A stretch of 64,000 bases of DNA from Lama glama (lineage: Eukaryota), in assembly GCA_028534125.1 (NCBI GenBank), contig CM052816.1, positions 6,512,001 to 6,576,000 on the forward strand, read 5' to 3'. Below the pieces are notes generated by a model, which was not told the origin of the DNA, ran no database searches, and saw only the letters and a program-made list of their open reading frames with translations. Both the position numbers and the translations under genes were made by a program. Numbering within the stretch: the stretch's first letter is position 1; each line of letters opens with the position of its first letter. This document shows positions 26,411 to 39,829 of this stretch, in pieces.

Positions 26411-27794
26411 AAGCCCATCACTGGGCTGGGAGCAGAAATATAAATTACCAGGAGAGTTTCTAGGCTAGACTACCGGTCCCAAGCTTTGATTGTGCACACT
26501 CTTTAATAAGATACTTTTGACTGTGCACCATAAAGTATATTTATGAATTCACACAGACATTTTGTGAATACTTTAAATATACACAAAATGTTTTAAAAAT
26601 TCAAATTGATTTATTAAAGTACATATAAATTTAAATTCTATTTCCCCCACATACCACTCTGTTGCCTCTTGGCATGCAGGCATTCCACTTTGAAAACTTC
26701 TGACCTAAAGCATCACTGAGTGATCCCTGCCTGCACACTTCGTCTCACTCTTTCTCCACCTGCAATCAACCTGGAACCAGACAATGACCACAGATAGAGC
26801 AAGTGTCGTGCTCAGGTGGGGAGCAGCCAACATCAGAGCTAGAACAAGCCGTCAGACCTTGAGTGCCCTGAGCTTACGAAAACCCAACTGCTCGGCTGCT
26901 GTGAGAGGGTAACACAGGTTCTACCACCTCTGTAACCCTTTTCTGGTGATTTGGAACTGAAATATCCCTTCCCTTCAACAAATCTCTACGATGCATTTGT
27001 GAGGGACCAGGCATTTTGCTAGATGCTTTTCATCTATTTACATGAAGTCCAACAACTCAGAGAGAAGACGCTTAATTCTCTTTTACCCAGACTAGGAAAA
27101 AAAAAAAAGACAAATTAGTTGAAATCTAATCTAGTTATCTGGCGGTAGACCTGAAGCATTGACACACTGGTCTCATACTAAACTATGTTCACTACACTGC
27201 ATTTACAGTAATACGCTATCACCTGTGCCATTCATTTGACATTTACTATGCACTGCCTTTTACAGCAATAATAATTAGCTGGACTTTGGGCTCCTTCAGT
27301 AAGCCGCTTGTGAGAGTACCTACTCTGAAGGTGTCTCCCCCAGACTGACATTCCTCCATGAACTTGCAATGAGAACGTGCTAGGTGTTAGGAGCAGTACA
27401 TGACTTATCTCGCTCAACTGTCCTTGTCATTTTTCAGCACTGTGTAATTAGACCCATCTTAAAAATGAAAAAAAAAAGGTCAGATTGGTTTAAAATCTCC
27501 TAAAATTGGTTAAAAATCAGTAATTTTATAAGGGAAGGAGTCAGGATTTGAACTGTACCCACTTCCCAAGGCCTGACACCACTGGATCTTTTCATATGCC
27601 ACTTACTATGGGTAGGTCCCTCACTGTACGCTTCACTGATGGGCTGGCTGGCAGTTCATTTCTCATGTTCCCAACACATGTGACTGACACCTCAGCACAT
27701 GAGAGGTTCTTTTTTTTTTTAATTCTTCCGTGATGAACTACTTTAGAACAGGAATACTTGCTATTGGATGCTAAATGATATTCTGGAATTCATT

Positions 27795-28090
27795 TCATAT
27801 GAAAGGAATCTGATAACACATGGGCCATTGTGTGTGGCCTATTTCACTTAGTATGTTTTCAAGGTTCATCTGTTATAGCATATACCAATATTTCATTTCT
27901 TATTAAAGCAGAGTAATATCTGACACTGCACTTCATGGATATACCACATTCTATTTATCCATTCATTAGTTGACAGACACTTGCGTTGCTTCACTTTTTG
28001 CCTATTATGAATAATACTGCTGTGAACATTTTTGTAAAACGTTTTTGTGTAGACAAATATTTTCATTTCCCTTTGGTATACACCTAGGAA
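27795..28090 (-). mobile_element. Old L1 3' fragment
   Basis: tttcacttagtatgttttcaaggttcatc...ataccacattctatttatccattc...tatacacctagga. Confidence 0.75.
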
Positions 28091-28440
28091 GAAAGGGAAA
28101 GAAACAATATTTTATGAAATTATCGCCAAAAGCCCCGCAGCTTTGAGGATGCAAACAAAAAGAGTGCAAAGAGCATTTCACTCACCATCCAAGTCTACAA
28201 AGTTTAAGCCACAGCTACAAAGTTTAAGCCCCTGCAGTCAGGGAGCAATAGTGCACTCTGCTTCAGACACAGGAAATTGAAGCCAATAGAATGCTCTGTC
28301 CTCTGAACAAACAGGCCCCTTAGATAGTCAGGCATATCTCACAAAGAATTTTAACGAACCCAGCTTCTTGCATCTTCCCATACATAGAAAAGCACTGTAA
28401 TCATTAACTTGTGATATCTGTGTTTTTGTGACTAGCAGTA

Positions 28441-28940
28441 NNNNNNNNNNNNNNNNNNNNNNNNNNNNNNNNNNNNNNNNNNNNNNNNNNNNNNNNNNNN
28501 NNNNNNNNNNNNNNNNNNNNNNNNNNNNNNNNNNNNNNNNNNNNNNNNNNNNNNNNNNNNNNNNNNNNNNNNNNNNNNNNNNNNNNNNNNNNNNNNNNNN
28601 NNNNNNNNNNNNNNNNNNNNNNNNNNNNNNNNNNNNNNNNNNNNNNNNNNNNNNNNNNNNNNNNNNNNNNNNNNNNNNNNNNNNNNNNNNNNNNNNNNNN
28701 NNNNNNNNNNNNNNNNNNNNNNNNNNNNNNNNNNNNNNNNNNNNNNNNNNNNNNNNNNNNNNNNNNNNNNNNNNNNNNNNNNNNNNNNNNNNNNNNNNNN
28801 NNNNNNNNNNNNNNNNNNNNNNNNNNNNNNNNNNNNNNNNNNNNNNNNNNNNNNNNNNNNNNNNNNNNNNNNNNNNNNNNNNNNNNNNNNNNNNNNNNNN
28901 NNNNNNNNNNNNNNNNNNNNNNNNNNNNNNNNNNNNNNNN
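28441..28940. other. Assembly gap (500 N)
   Basis: Run of exactly 500 n. Confidence 1.
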
Positions 28941-31900
28941 GGGCTGGTTAGGTACCAATTAAGACTACAGAGGTCTTGTCCTCTGCTGTAATAATCCTCA
29001 GAAGAAAATGCCTGAATTGAACCATTAAGGATTGATGCTTACTTCTGAAAGTAATGGATTGAAAAAGCTCCCCACCAAATTAGGCATTAAAAATAAAGTC
29101 ATTCCATATATGAAAATCTTGAAGACAAAGTGAATTAACAATTAATGAGTGCTAATAATATTCTAAAGCTGTGCAAATTACTTTATATGCATTATTTCAT
29201 TTAATCTTTACAACTCCATGAGGTAGGTACAATTACTGCCCACATTTTGAGAGACCCAACATCACAGCTATTAAGTGCTGCTGGAGCTGGGATTCAAATC
29301 CAGACTGCTGCATACCAGACTAGGCAGAAGGTTCACTGTCAAAGATTATCACTGCTTTCCTTTAACCTAATGTAAAGATATAAAAGATCACGACATGCTG
29401 AGCATTGAGCCTTTCTATAGTTTTTGACCAACCTCAGTCATTCCTTTAGCTTCAATTAACTTATAGCTTAATATGTATCAGGTATCTTATTAAGAAACAT
29501 GGACACAGTGTCCATCAAAATGTTAAACAATGAAAAAATTTTAAAAATATATGCCTAGCCCTGTCTTAGCCATTTTATGCAGGAAATGCAAAGGTCATAA
29601 AGGATTTAGCACTTAAATATTTTTTGAGCCTAGAGAAATAACCAACCACTCTTACAGAATACAATCCATATAGCATATAATTATACACTCTACTGTGTGG
29701 TCTAGAAAATGTATACTGTGAGCATTAAGAAAATAAAAATAGTTATGAATTAATTTCACATACCTTAAAGATGGGTATGATTATAAATATCTCCATGTTA
29801 GTAACCTCCAAAAGTATGCCTTGACTGGCAGTGAAGAAATTTGGTGGTCAAAAAGGAGGACTCTTTCTACATTAAGAACAATTATATGGTCTATAGAACT
29901 CACAAAAGAATCTCAAAAAATTGTCTGCTTTTGGGTTGTAGAATTGGTGAATTGTAAGGTAATTCATAAGAGAGCAAACAACCTTGAGATATGAGAAAAG
30001 AAGGATATATAAACCTATCTTCAAAGGCGTGCATGGCTATTCCAAAAAGTAGCAGCAGTAGAGAAAACATTTTCATATACATTTACTAATAGGGATATTA
30101 CAGTAATGCAACATTTTTTAATGCTCTGTAATTGGAAGAAGCTAGACGTTTTGTTGTTTTAAAGTTGTGGAAAGAAGTATCAGTGAAGTACAAACCTAGC
30201 CACTCTGGACCCCCAGTGGCTTGCCCAGCTAACTTTGAGATCATCCCTGCCATACCTATGTCAGCCCAATGTGATAGCATTCTTATACCTGCATCCATTA
30301 CATTCTATGTCCCCTCCCATAATACCCCAAATTGCTCACTGTCCCCCTAGGTGAACTCACAAAACCCAGTCAACTATTTGAAGACTGCTCTGCATTCCCA
30401 CCCACTTGGATGGATTCTTCCCTTCTTTGAACTCATGTAACATATTTTGTTTGAGTTTCACAATATAATCTATTTATTGTTCTCCTGAACTAGTCTGATT
30501 TTCCAAGCAGAGGAAGGCACATCTCTAACTTCAGCCCCTCAGGTACTTTCTGATACAACACAGTACAAATGTGGATATGAGACAGATGGTCAACAACAGG
30601 AGGAATAATTAATGTTCCACTTAATAGGTTATCCTATTCAGTTGAATTCTGGCAACCACTAATGCAATTTCTGAGAAAATTAAAATTGAGACATTTAAGT
30701 GATGTGCTTAAGGTCTCACAGGTATCAAGTAGCATGAGTTCCTCTCCCCAAAACCCAACATGATGTGATCACGTTGTCCAGTTATACGATCCCCTAGCAC
30801 ACTGAACTTCTATGTCCCTCAATGGAATAAATCTACCAGCAATTATTTTTAATTTCTTTCTTCCCAAGTCTATAGACTCTATTAGGGTAGAATTTTGATT
30901 CACATGTGTGCTTTCTATAGTCCTTGGTACATACAGGCACAAACTAAGTATGTGTGGAAGAGAGGGAAGAGGGAAGAGGAGGAGCGGGGTTGTTGAGAAA
31001 TGTCAGACTAGAACCAGAGTCAAAAATCTGGGTTTTAAGTTCTGCCATATCTTACATGCAGTTAGTCTTATTCAGTTAGATTCATTCCAGAGGGTGGGGA
31101 AGAGCATCAAGTGAGAAGGTGAGAGAAAGTGAGAGAGAGGAGAGTGAGGTTCCATACACAACTCCTCTCAAGGGGGACTTACAGGGACTGTTCCCTCAGC
31201 AGGTCTCCTCACCTGCGCTCCACCTTCACCAAGTAAGCATCTTACAAGGCTGTATGTGACTGGTGTTTAAAGACACACGGTACTTTTTTGTCTGTAACAA
31301 TCCTGAGAATAATTTGTACTCATGCAAAAAAAGAGGTGTCTGTTCTGTCACTGGAGGTGAAACTGGCAAATATCTGATCTGTCTGGAGGAAAAACTGGCA
31401 GAAGTCCTGGTTGGACTTCTCAGGTATTAAGCCACCTGCACAGGTATTTTCAAGGGTAGTTTTAATTAAACTCTGTTTTTGCCTCACATGCTGACTGGAG
31501 AGCCTAACTCTTCTCTGAGATAAGGCTTGACTGCCTTGTCAGTCTTCACTGATCCACTAATTCTACTAAACTTTTCTTTTACATAACACCTTGAAATTAC
31601 ATAATTTTAGAATAAAGTTTCTTCTACTGCCTTTTCTTCTCTCTGACTCAGAAAATATTTATGAGTCCAAATAGAATCATTCTTTCCTTTAGAATACCTG
31701 TAAAATACTGTTGGCTAAAAACTTCAAAACAAATCAATCAACAAACAAAAACCTTTCATACACCTTGGAGAATTGCATAAGGTGCTCTGTAAAATCAATA
31801 CAACTGCAGTGCACTCAGTATTTAGCTGGCCTTGGGAAAAGAAAAGAAAGCAGAGATTCTCTCCTATTGAAGCTATAAAGTTAATTAATTGCTTCTAGGA

Positions 31901-34189
31901 AAGGATTTGCTTTCCTCAGAAATGGTCACTTAGTTTTCAAGCCCAACCCTTCTACTGACGTCTGTTGCAACCTTGGGCAATTTATCCAATCCTCATCCTT
32001 GAACTTGATAACCTCAACAAATTAGAGAAAGGTCTAAACAAGTATATATATATATATAGTTGTCTCCATCCTTGGCAAGGTGACTCTCTACTGTAGTTAC
32101 CCTAAATAAGTATGTAAGTCAAGCAATGTGTCAATAGCAAGACAAGCTTCACAGGCCATCTAAAACTCTCCAACAGAGAAATTCTGGTGCTACCACTCTC
32201 TGTAACTATGGTCCTGGTTTGAAAAGATAGAAGGTAATACAGGAGAGCAATGGCCAATATTCTGTTTGTCATGTATTTCAAATGTAAGTAAAATTACCAA
32301 GATAACTCCTGGGGCTACCTTAACTAGAGAGTGAAAAACAAATCCTCATATTATTAGATGTGGGGTATGTCCAAGTCAACTAACAATGTCTTTCACAACC
32401 CAGATACCCAAGTTTCCCTTCAAAGACGCATTCTTCTGAGCTTACGGGTCTGCTAAATTCCCCTGGTAGAAGGCAGATCCTACTGGCAGGCAACCCCTTA
32501 AGCCTATGATTCTTATTTAGAGGCTGGACGTGAAAGCCACACTTCACTTACATCACAGCTGACCAAGGCTGCCTCCCACACTGAGGCCTCTAGTTCTGAC
32601 AGATGGATATTTCATGTGATTCCGCCAAAAAGACTACGCACTCTGCCAAATTTTTGTCACCTAAAGCCTCACAGAAGACAAAGCCTCTTCATTCTACTTA
32701 CTAAGCGACACTTCAGCCCTGGAAGCAAGAGGCATAAGATTTCAGGACAGGGCCCTAGAGCAGAGGCACAACTGGATGGGGAGCAGGGGAGATGTTCTAC
32801 CCAGTTATACCTTTAAAGGAATAAATAAAAATAAAGACATGCATGGGAACGGCTTTTGTTAGGGAAAAAAGTCACAGGAAACAGAGTTACAGCAAGATTT
32901 TGAGAATCACAGACAATACATAGAAAAAGGGGTATCTTTTCATGTGAACACATCTCCGTCAACCCACACAAGTGGCACTTAACCTACCAGTGCCTTCCCA
33001 AAGCCATCCCACATGAACAATCCTAGTCATGGCTTTGCCCAAGAAACCACCAGTTCTCACTCTCTGATTTACATCTGGGGTGACTGTGGCACAGCATCAA
33101 GGAAAACTATTGTCTAAGGGCACAAAACTAGTTTCAGTGGTTAAAAAAAAAGGAATAGAACACTGTCTTTCCTGCATACAATTTCTGCTGGTAGCTATGT
33201 GTGTGACAGGGCCTTAAATTGTATTTATTCTCCAATGAACAATTTTTTTTTTGAAACGTATCAAACTGTGAGCAGTGACAAAACCCACAGGAGTCACTCA
33301 TTTCATTCTCAGGACAGGTAAGAAATGAGGTGCATAAATTAAAAAACACAAAACTTAGAATTATCTAGTCTTCCCCACCAAGAGCAGATATTCACACTAA
33401 TTTATGTCAGTTGCCTTCCCCACAGTCGCATCTCCCATTTATAATTGCTAAATATGCCAGGTTCACAATGTTTCCCCATTTGGGTGCTCTATTTGAATTT
33501 GTGTATAAATACTCATTCCTCCAAATGTTCTAGCTGAATACACAGAATATCCATTTCAGCGCAGAGTGCATAAATTCGGGGCCAGAGGCATGTGGTGCAC
33601 TGCAGAACAGCACTAACTCAGAAGTCAGCTTGAAAAGGCGTGAATATGGCTCAGGCGTATATTTGCCATGAAATCTTGGGGACCTGTTTTTCCTCTCTGG
33701 TGTTTCCTCACTACCAAACTGGGGAAAATGAGACTTTTCACATTGTTCTCATGGATAACTGGGAGAACCATATGCAATTATGGAGAAATGTTTTAAAGAA
33801 CTGTTCATGATCCTCACTTTAAGAATAAAGGAAAGAAATATAATCAAAGGCAGATGCTTTAAGAAATTACAAGGAAACTTGAAGCCAAGTGTCATGGACT
33901 CCAGTTCCAATACTACCATCAACGTGCTCACACTTCTTCTCTGGGATGGTAAGAACTCTATCAGTAATGTGAGAGACCACGTGGTCTTTTATGTCTCCTC
34001 TAATTCTGTTTCTGGGTGATTGAATCTTTTCAGCATGATCAAGCAGTACTGTCACTGTGGCTTGAATATAAGTATGGTCCCACCAGTACTTGAATTAAGC
34101 CTTCAGAGCCAGGATTCAGCCACCACAGTGCAGAACATGGGATTATTGTCTACAGCAGTAAAACCTGGTATTCATAACTAAAAGCAACG

Positions 34190-34420
34190 TGAGATCCTAA
34201 ACTGGGTTCCAGAACAACAAAAAGATAATTAGTGGGCAAAAAAAGGTAAAAATCTGAATAAAACCCACAGCTGGTCATTGGTATGGTTCCAATAGTAATT
34301 GATAGGTGTACTGTATTATTGGGTAAAATATTAACACTGTAAAAAGCTGGATGAAGTGATCATCAGAACTTTCTGTACTATCTTTGCAACTTTTCTATAA
34401 GCCTAAAATTACTTTAAAAG
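34190..34420 (+). mobile_element. Old L1 (L1MC/ME-like) 3' UTR fragment
   Basis: atcctaaactgggttccagaacaacaaaaagata...ctgtactatctttgcaacttttctataagcctaaaatt. Confidence 0.6.
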
Positions 34421-34696
34421 AAGAAAAAACCCACTGTAGGAATCACCTCAAGCCCATGTGGAAAATGCAAATTTCTCCAACTCCAGAGACATGGAAATAA
34501 TAATCCTGGAGCAGAGCCCAGTAATCTGCATCCCAACAGACATACAAGGAGATTCAGATGTGGATTTCTCAGGGATCATAGTCGGAGAAACTGATCTGAA
34601 AGGAATACTGATTCTTGGTAAAATAAGTGATAATGAGAGATGAGTAAATGGAAAATAAAACCCGTAGCTGTAAAAAGGCTATTGGGTAAGATTTAG

Positions 34697-35258
34697 ATTT
34701 TTTCCCCCTTTTGAAAGATTTTGCTAAAGGACTTCATACGGCAACATGGAGACTCCAGATCCAACCGCCAAGGAGCCCCTGTTACTGTGCGTACTATTTG
34801 GGGCATGGCACGTGGGCCTGGCTTCGTACCCTTCCGTTCTGAGACAGAAGCAGTGGGCAGTATCTAATTCTGGGTTCCTCAATGGTCACATGGTCAGGCA
34901 GGGGCTCCTTAAGGCCAGTCGTACAACTTGGATCCCAAGACAGCATGACCTTCACCTTGATGCCCAGCATAACCTGTCTGAACATCATATGGTGCACGGC
35001 AGTATCAACATCATAGTTAAAAGGGCCCCCACTGTGGATCCTCAGGCCATCCACAACCTTCACAGATTTAGTCCTCTGTCTGCAGAATTGCCCAGACACC
35101 ATGACCTCACAGGCTTTGGCCCCACTCTCCACGATGACCTGAGCACACCATAGCAGGTCTTCCATATGGCAAATTGTCCTAGGAGTTCGTAACACAGAGA
35201 ATTTTCCTGGGCAATGGGACACAGACTTCCTGTGCCCACCTTTTTAGGATACCTCCAC
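34697..35258 (-). pseudogene. RPS3: Processed, 5'-truncated, frameshifted pseudogene of 40S ribosomal protein S3
   Basis: Two frames give [23 protein letters not shown]...CYGVLR and [14 protein letters not shown]...VDGLRIHSG...VDTAVHH...[13 protein letters not shown]...[11 protein letters not shown], matching RPS3 residues ~84-243 with no introns; TAA at 34784-34782, followed by an RPS3-like 3' UTR (taacaggggctccttggc...) and a decayed poly(A) signal and tail. Confidence 0.93.
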
Positions 35259-36419
35259 CAGCTGATGCATAAATGCAGGCAAGGTATTAATCTGCTGGGC
35301 CTCAGATTCCTCACTGATAAAGGAAGAAGTTCTATCTATGGAATTCTGATGGCCATTCCTGTATAGTACATTAAGGAATGTCCACAGTGGTAAACAGGTG
35401 TTTCTAAAACCTTAGATTGGCAGCCACAGGTCTCTCCTGGCACCTCTGAAGAATCCTCCTTCCTCTCTTACAGCCTTGAACAGGACAAGGCTCTGTACAG
35501 CACTGTTCCCATGCATGCAAGTATCTGGCACTGCAGTGACTTAAACGCAGCCACAAAGGAGACACAACCATGCTGAAAGAACACAGTCACTGTGACAAGG
35601 TCAGCAGTCGGGGACGTTAGATTTTGATTGTTTCCTTGAGTGGAGAAGCAGACACTGTAGTTCCGATAGTATGTCCTTTTACTTTGTGAAACAGGAATCC
35701 TAACTTCCATCTGTGAAGACTCTGGGGAAAGGAAATGAGGTCTCTGGTTCCAGGCGTTTCATTAGAGAGCAGTTTTGTACCAGATGAGGCCACAGACTCC
35801 GAGCTACCATGTCTCTACAGAGACCCTGCCCAGAGGAAGAGAGAGATTTAAGTCAGCTCAGAGCAACTGAATTTAAAAGGGGCACTGACTAGAGTTGCCC
35901 TAGCTTCTTGCTGGACTGGCCACCTCTGCTGAGTATGTGTACCCAAGCACACTAGCATGAGTGTAAACTTCCCAATTCACAGGATAATAAGGGATATATC
36001 CAAATAAAAATTCCTCTAGGGCAGGTAAGATGCCAACTTCACCTCTTCCAAATATGTTGACCTGATTCAAGAGTTTAGGTAGATGAAATGTTTCTAATGG
36101 TATCTATGAATCAACTCTTAAGTTTTGTTTTCCCATACGTACAGAAAGGACATCAGAAGAAAATATGACACCAACATTTTCTGAGTGCAAAAATGTTGTT
36201 ATTATAAAACATAATATAGCATATTTAACTTCATTAAACCTTGGTTTTCTCATTTCTGAAAAGGGCTAATAAAACCTACGAAATTTAATTTGAACCTTGA
36301 CAATAATTACATGAGTTTTAATTTATGTTAAATTATTCACATATATATGAAAAAGGAAAGTGAGCTTAAACGTCTAGATTTCCTAGTTAGTTGTTAAGTG
36401 CAGTTAAATACAAGAGCTG

Positions 36420-36565
36420 AGGAGGGTGTAGCTCAGTGGTAGAGCACAAGCTTAGCATGCATGAGGTCCTGGGTTCAATCCCCAGTACCTCCTCTAAAAA
36501 ATAAATAAATAAATTACCTCTCCCTCAAAGAGCACGTGTGTGCACATGCACGCACACACACAAAA
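36420..36565 (+). mobile_element. tRNA-derived SINE, Vic-1-like (camelid)
   Basis: Pol III A box (tagctcagtgg) and B box (ggttcaatccc), then aaataaataaataaa and a CA-rich tail; degenerate 15-bp TSD taaatacaagagctg (36405-36419) / taaatgtaagcgctg (36566-36580). Confidence 0.8.
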
Positions 36566-37282
36566 TAAATGTAAGCGCTGGCGCTTGAACCCAGATCCAA
36601 CAATTCAAAAACCCACACATCTATTAGGATGACTCCAGGCAAACAACCGTTAACTCTGGTCTTTTCATGAAAGCCACAATGAACTTCTCACTCTAAAGCA
36701 TAAAAAGAAGACAAATTGAGTGGGGTCAGGTGGGATCTCTTTCAAATCTGGTTTGTCAGTGTGATAGTTTGTGATTAAGTATAGTTTCCTAAGAATAAAA
36801 TGTATTTGCTAAGTAGAAACAGTTTCCATGACATCTGGAAACCAAGATGCTACCTCAGTATAATGAACAGAAAGGATTTCTATTTATTCCAGATAGGCTG
36901 GTCTTCTGGATTTAAAATGAGAGATGATGGGAAGAATTAACCAGAGTGGGTAAACTACAAGACGGCAGTTTAACTGAATTAGGAGTTTGGTTTTCCTGTA
37001 GGTTTGTTCTGTTTTATGTCAGGGAAAGAGCCTGTTATGTTTTGCCAGGACACTGCTTATCGCAGTGCAGCTTTTCTGCCTCCTGACTCTAGAGGGCACA
37101 TTCCTGATCATTACATATTTGTTGAAGTATTACAGTCATTTTCAGGCAGATAACAAACAATAAAGGGATTTGAGGAAGTCTACATTGAAAGTACCTCCTC
37201 AAGTTACTTTATTGTCATCTGCCTTCAAATTAGTACATTATCATACTGTCATTCATGATGATGCATTTTTTTAACGTAGACA

Positions 37283-39403
37283 CTTCCTGATTTCAAGCTA
37301 TATTAGAAAGACAATCAAAACAGTATGGTGCAAGAAAACAGACACACAGACCAGTGGATCAGAACAGAGATCAGACATAAAGCCAGGCATATTCGGTCAA
37401 CTACTTTTTGACAATGGAGCGAAGAATACATATGGCTAAAGGATAGTTCCTTTAACTAATGCTATTGAGAAAACTGGAGAGCGGCATGCAAAAGAATGAA
37501 GATGGAAACTTCACACCGCTCACAAACCATAACTCAAAACGGATCAAAGACTTAAATGTAAGGCCTGAAACCACAAAATTTCTAGACGAAAACAGCAAAC
37601 AAGTTTCTCTGGCAATGATTGTTTGGATAAGACACCAAAAGCAGAGGCAATAAAAGTTAAAATAAACAAATGAGTCTATATCAAACTAAAAAGCTTCTGT
37701 ACAGCGAAGTAAAAAATAATTCAGAAAGGCAATCTACAGAATGGGAGAAGAAACTTAAAAACCATATATCTAATAAGCACTTAATATCCATACAACTCAG
37801 TGGCAAAAATAAACAACTAAAAATGGGCAAAGGACTTCAAGAGACATTTTTCCAAAGATATGCAAATGGCTGACAGGTATATGAAAAGGTGCTCTACATC
37901 GCTAATCATCGGGGAAATGCAACTCAGAAGCATAGTAAGATATCACTTCACACCTGTCAAGATGGCTATTTATAAAGTAGAAAAGAGACAACAAATATTG
38001 GTGAGGATGTGGAGAAAAGGGGACCCTTCTGCACTGTTGGTGAGAATATAAATTGGTACAGCCATATGGAAAACAGTATGGCTGTTCCCCCCCAAATTAA
38101 ACATACAACAATCATATGAGCCATCAATCTTGCTCCTGGGTATATATCTAAAGGAAGTGAATTCAGTATCTTGAAGCACACTCACATTCAATGCAGCATT
38201 ATTCACAATAGCTAAGATATGAAAACAACCCAAATATCCTCCAAAAGATGAACAAATAAAGATGCGAGATGTATATATACAGACAGTCCCAGCTTATGAT
38301 GATTCAATGTAATGATTTTCCAACTTTACAATGATGTGAAGGTGACATGAATTCAGTGGAAACAGTCCTTCAAACCTTGGATTTTGACCTTTTCCTGAGC
38401 TAACAATGTGCTGTTAGATACCCTCTTGCGATGCTGGGCAGTGGCACCCACTGCAGCCCCCAGGCAGTCACACGATCACCATCACAAGGGTAAACAACCA
38501 ACACCTACCACCATTCTGTTAATCACTTTCAGTACAGTATCCAATAAACTATATGAGATATTCAACATTGTATTATAGAACAGGCTTTGTATTAGGTGAT
38601 TTTTGCCCAACTATGGGCAAATGTAGGTCTGCTGAGAATGTTTAAGGTAGGCGAGGCTAACCTGTGAGGTTTGGTAGGTTAGTTGTATCAAACACATTTC
38701 AACTTACGATATTTTCAACTGATGATGGGCTTATTGGAATGTAAATCCGTCATACGTGAAGGAAGAGCTGTATACACGCATTTAAAATATATAATATTTT
38801 ATGTATGTGTATATATATCTTATATTTTATCATATATTTTATATATAATGGGATATTATTCAGCTACAAAAAAGGAAATTCAGTCATTTCCAACAACATA
38901 GATAGAATTGGCAGACAATATGTTAAGTGAAATAACCCAAAAAGAGAAAGACAAATATTGTATGATATTATTTACATGTGGAATCAAAAAGGTATCACTT
39001 ACAGGTGGCATCTTAAAAAAAAAGAAGAAAAAGCCTGTTTCATAGAAACAGAACAGAATGGTGGTTGCCAGGGACTGTGGGAGAAGAACTATGGTGATCT
39101 AGGTCAAAGGATACAAACTTTCAGATGTAATAGTAAGTTCTGAGGATCTAATGTACAGGATAGTGAGTATAGTTAATACTGCAGTATTTTATGGTTGAAA
39201 GTTGCTGAGAGCAAGTTTTATGCTTTCTTAACACACACACAAACACACAAACAAAGAGGTAACTACATGAGGTGATAGATGTATTAATTATTTAGATCTT
39301 GGTAAGCATTCTACAAAGTATATGTATATCAAATTATCACATTGTATACTCTAAATACATACAATTATATTTGTCAATTATTCCTCACTAAAGCTGGAAA
39401 AAA
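37283..39403 (+). mobile_element. L1 (L1MA8/9-like) ORF2 C-terminal region and 3' UTR
   Basis: Peptides KRIKDLNVRPETTKFL and [14 protein letters not shown]...[10 protein letters not shown]; ends tcaattattcctcactaaagctggaaaaaaa. Confidence 0.88.
38280..38770 (+). mobile_element. TcMar-Tigger non-autonomous DNA transposon (MER47/Tigger5-like) nested in L1
   Basis: TA|CAG...CTG|TA ends; internal cactttcagtacagtatccaataaa...ttttgcccaact...tttcaacttacgatattttcaact matches recalled MER47. Confidence 0.8.
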
Positions 39404-39829
39404 ATATTTACCATTAGATGATACTGATGTTGTGCTTTGCCTTAGAATCACAAAGGAAGGAAAAGGAAAGAATCATCTGAAGCTTGTCTTAAGTCACAGT
39501 ATAAAACCCAGCGCCTTTGTAGGCAAGATACTAAACCAAGAAAAAACGCAGTAATCAACAAGAAATGGTAACAGGCTCAGCAACGGTGGCCGCTCCTTTG
39601 TTGCTGGGTCCTCTCGTCCATCTCACTGGAGTTCCACACGTGCTTAGGTAGCCCATGATCGTGGATCAATGCTACAATCTTCTCTCTCTCTGTTTCTGAT
39701 CAAATGCCCCAGTATCACTGGAGAAATTCATTTCACTGTGTAAACTGGTGTATCTACAATTTCATGAGCTGGAGCTACTTACAAGTTTTATGCTTTTCTT
39801 CGTCAGTTCACTTTCCCATCCTTCCTGGG

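Noticed and set aside
28404..28991. 184 and 187 aa ORFs
   Set aside because: Artefacts of the N gap.
34746..35153. 135-aa plus-strand ORF
   Set aside because: Antisense shadow of the RPS3 retrocopy.
36421..36492. Possible tRNA gene
   Set aside because: It continues into a SINE body and tail with a TSD and has no oligo-T terminator, so it is better explained as a tRNA-derived SINE.
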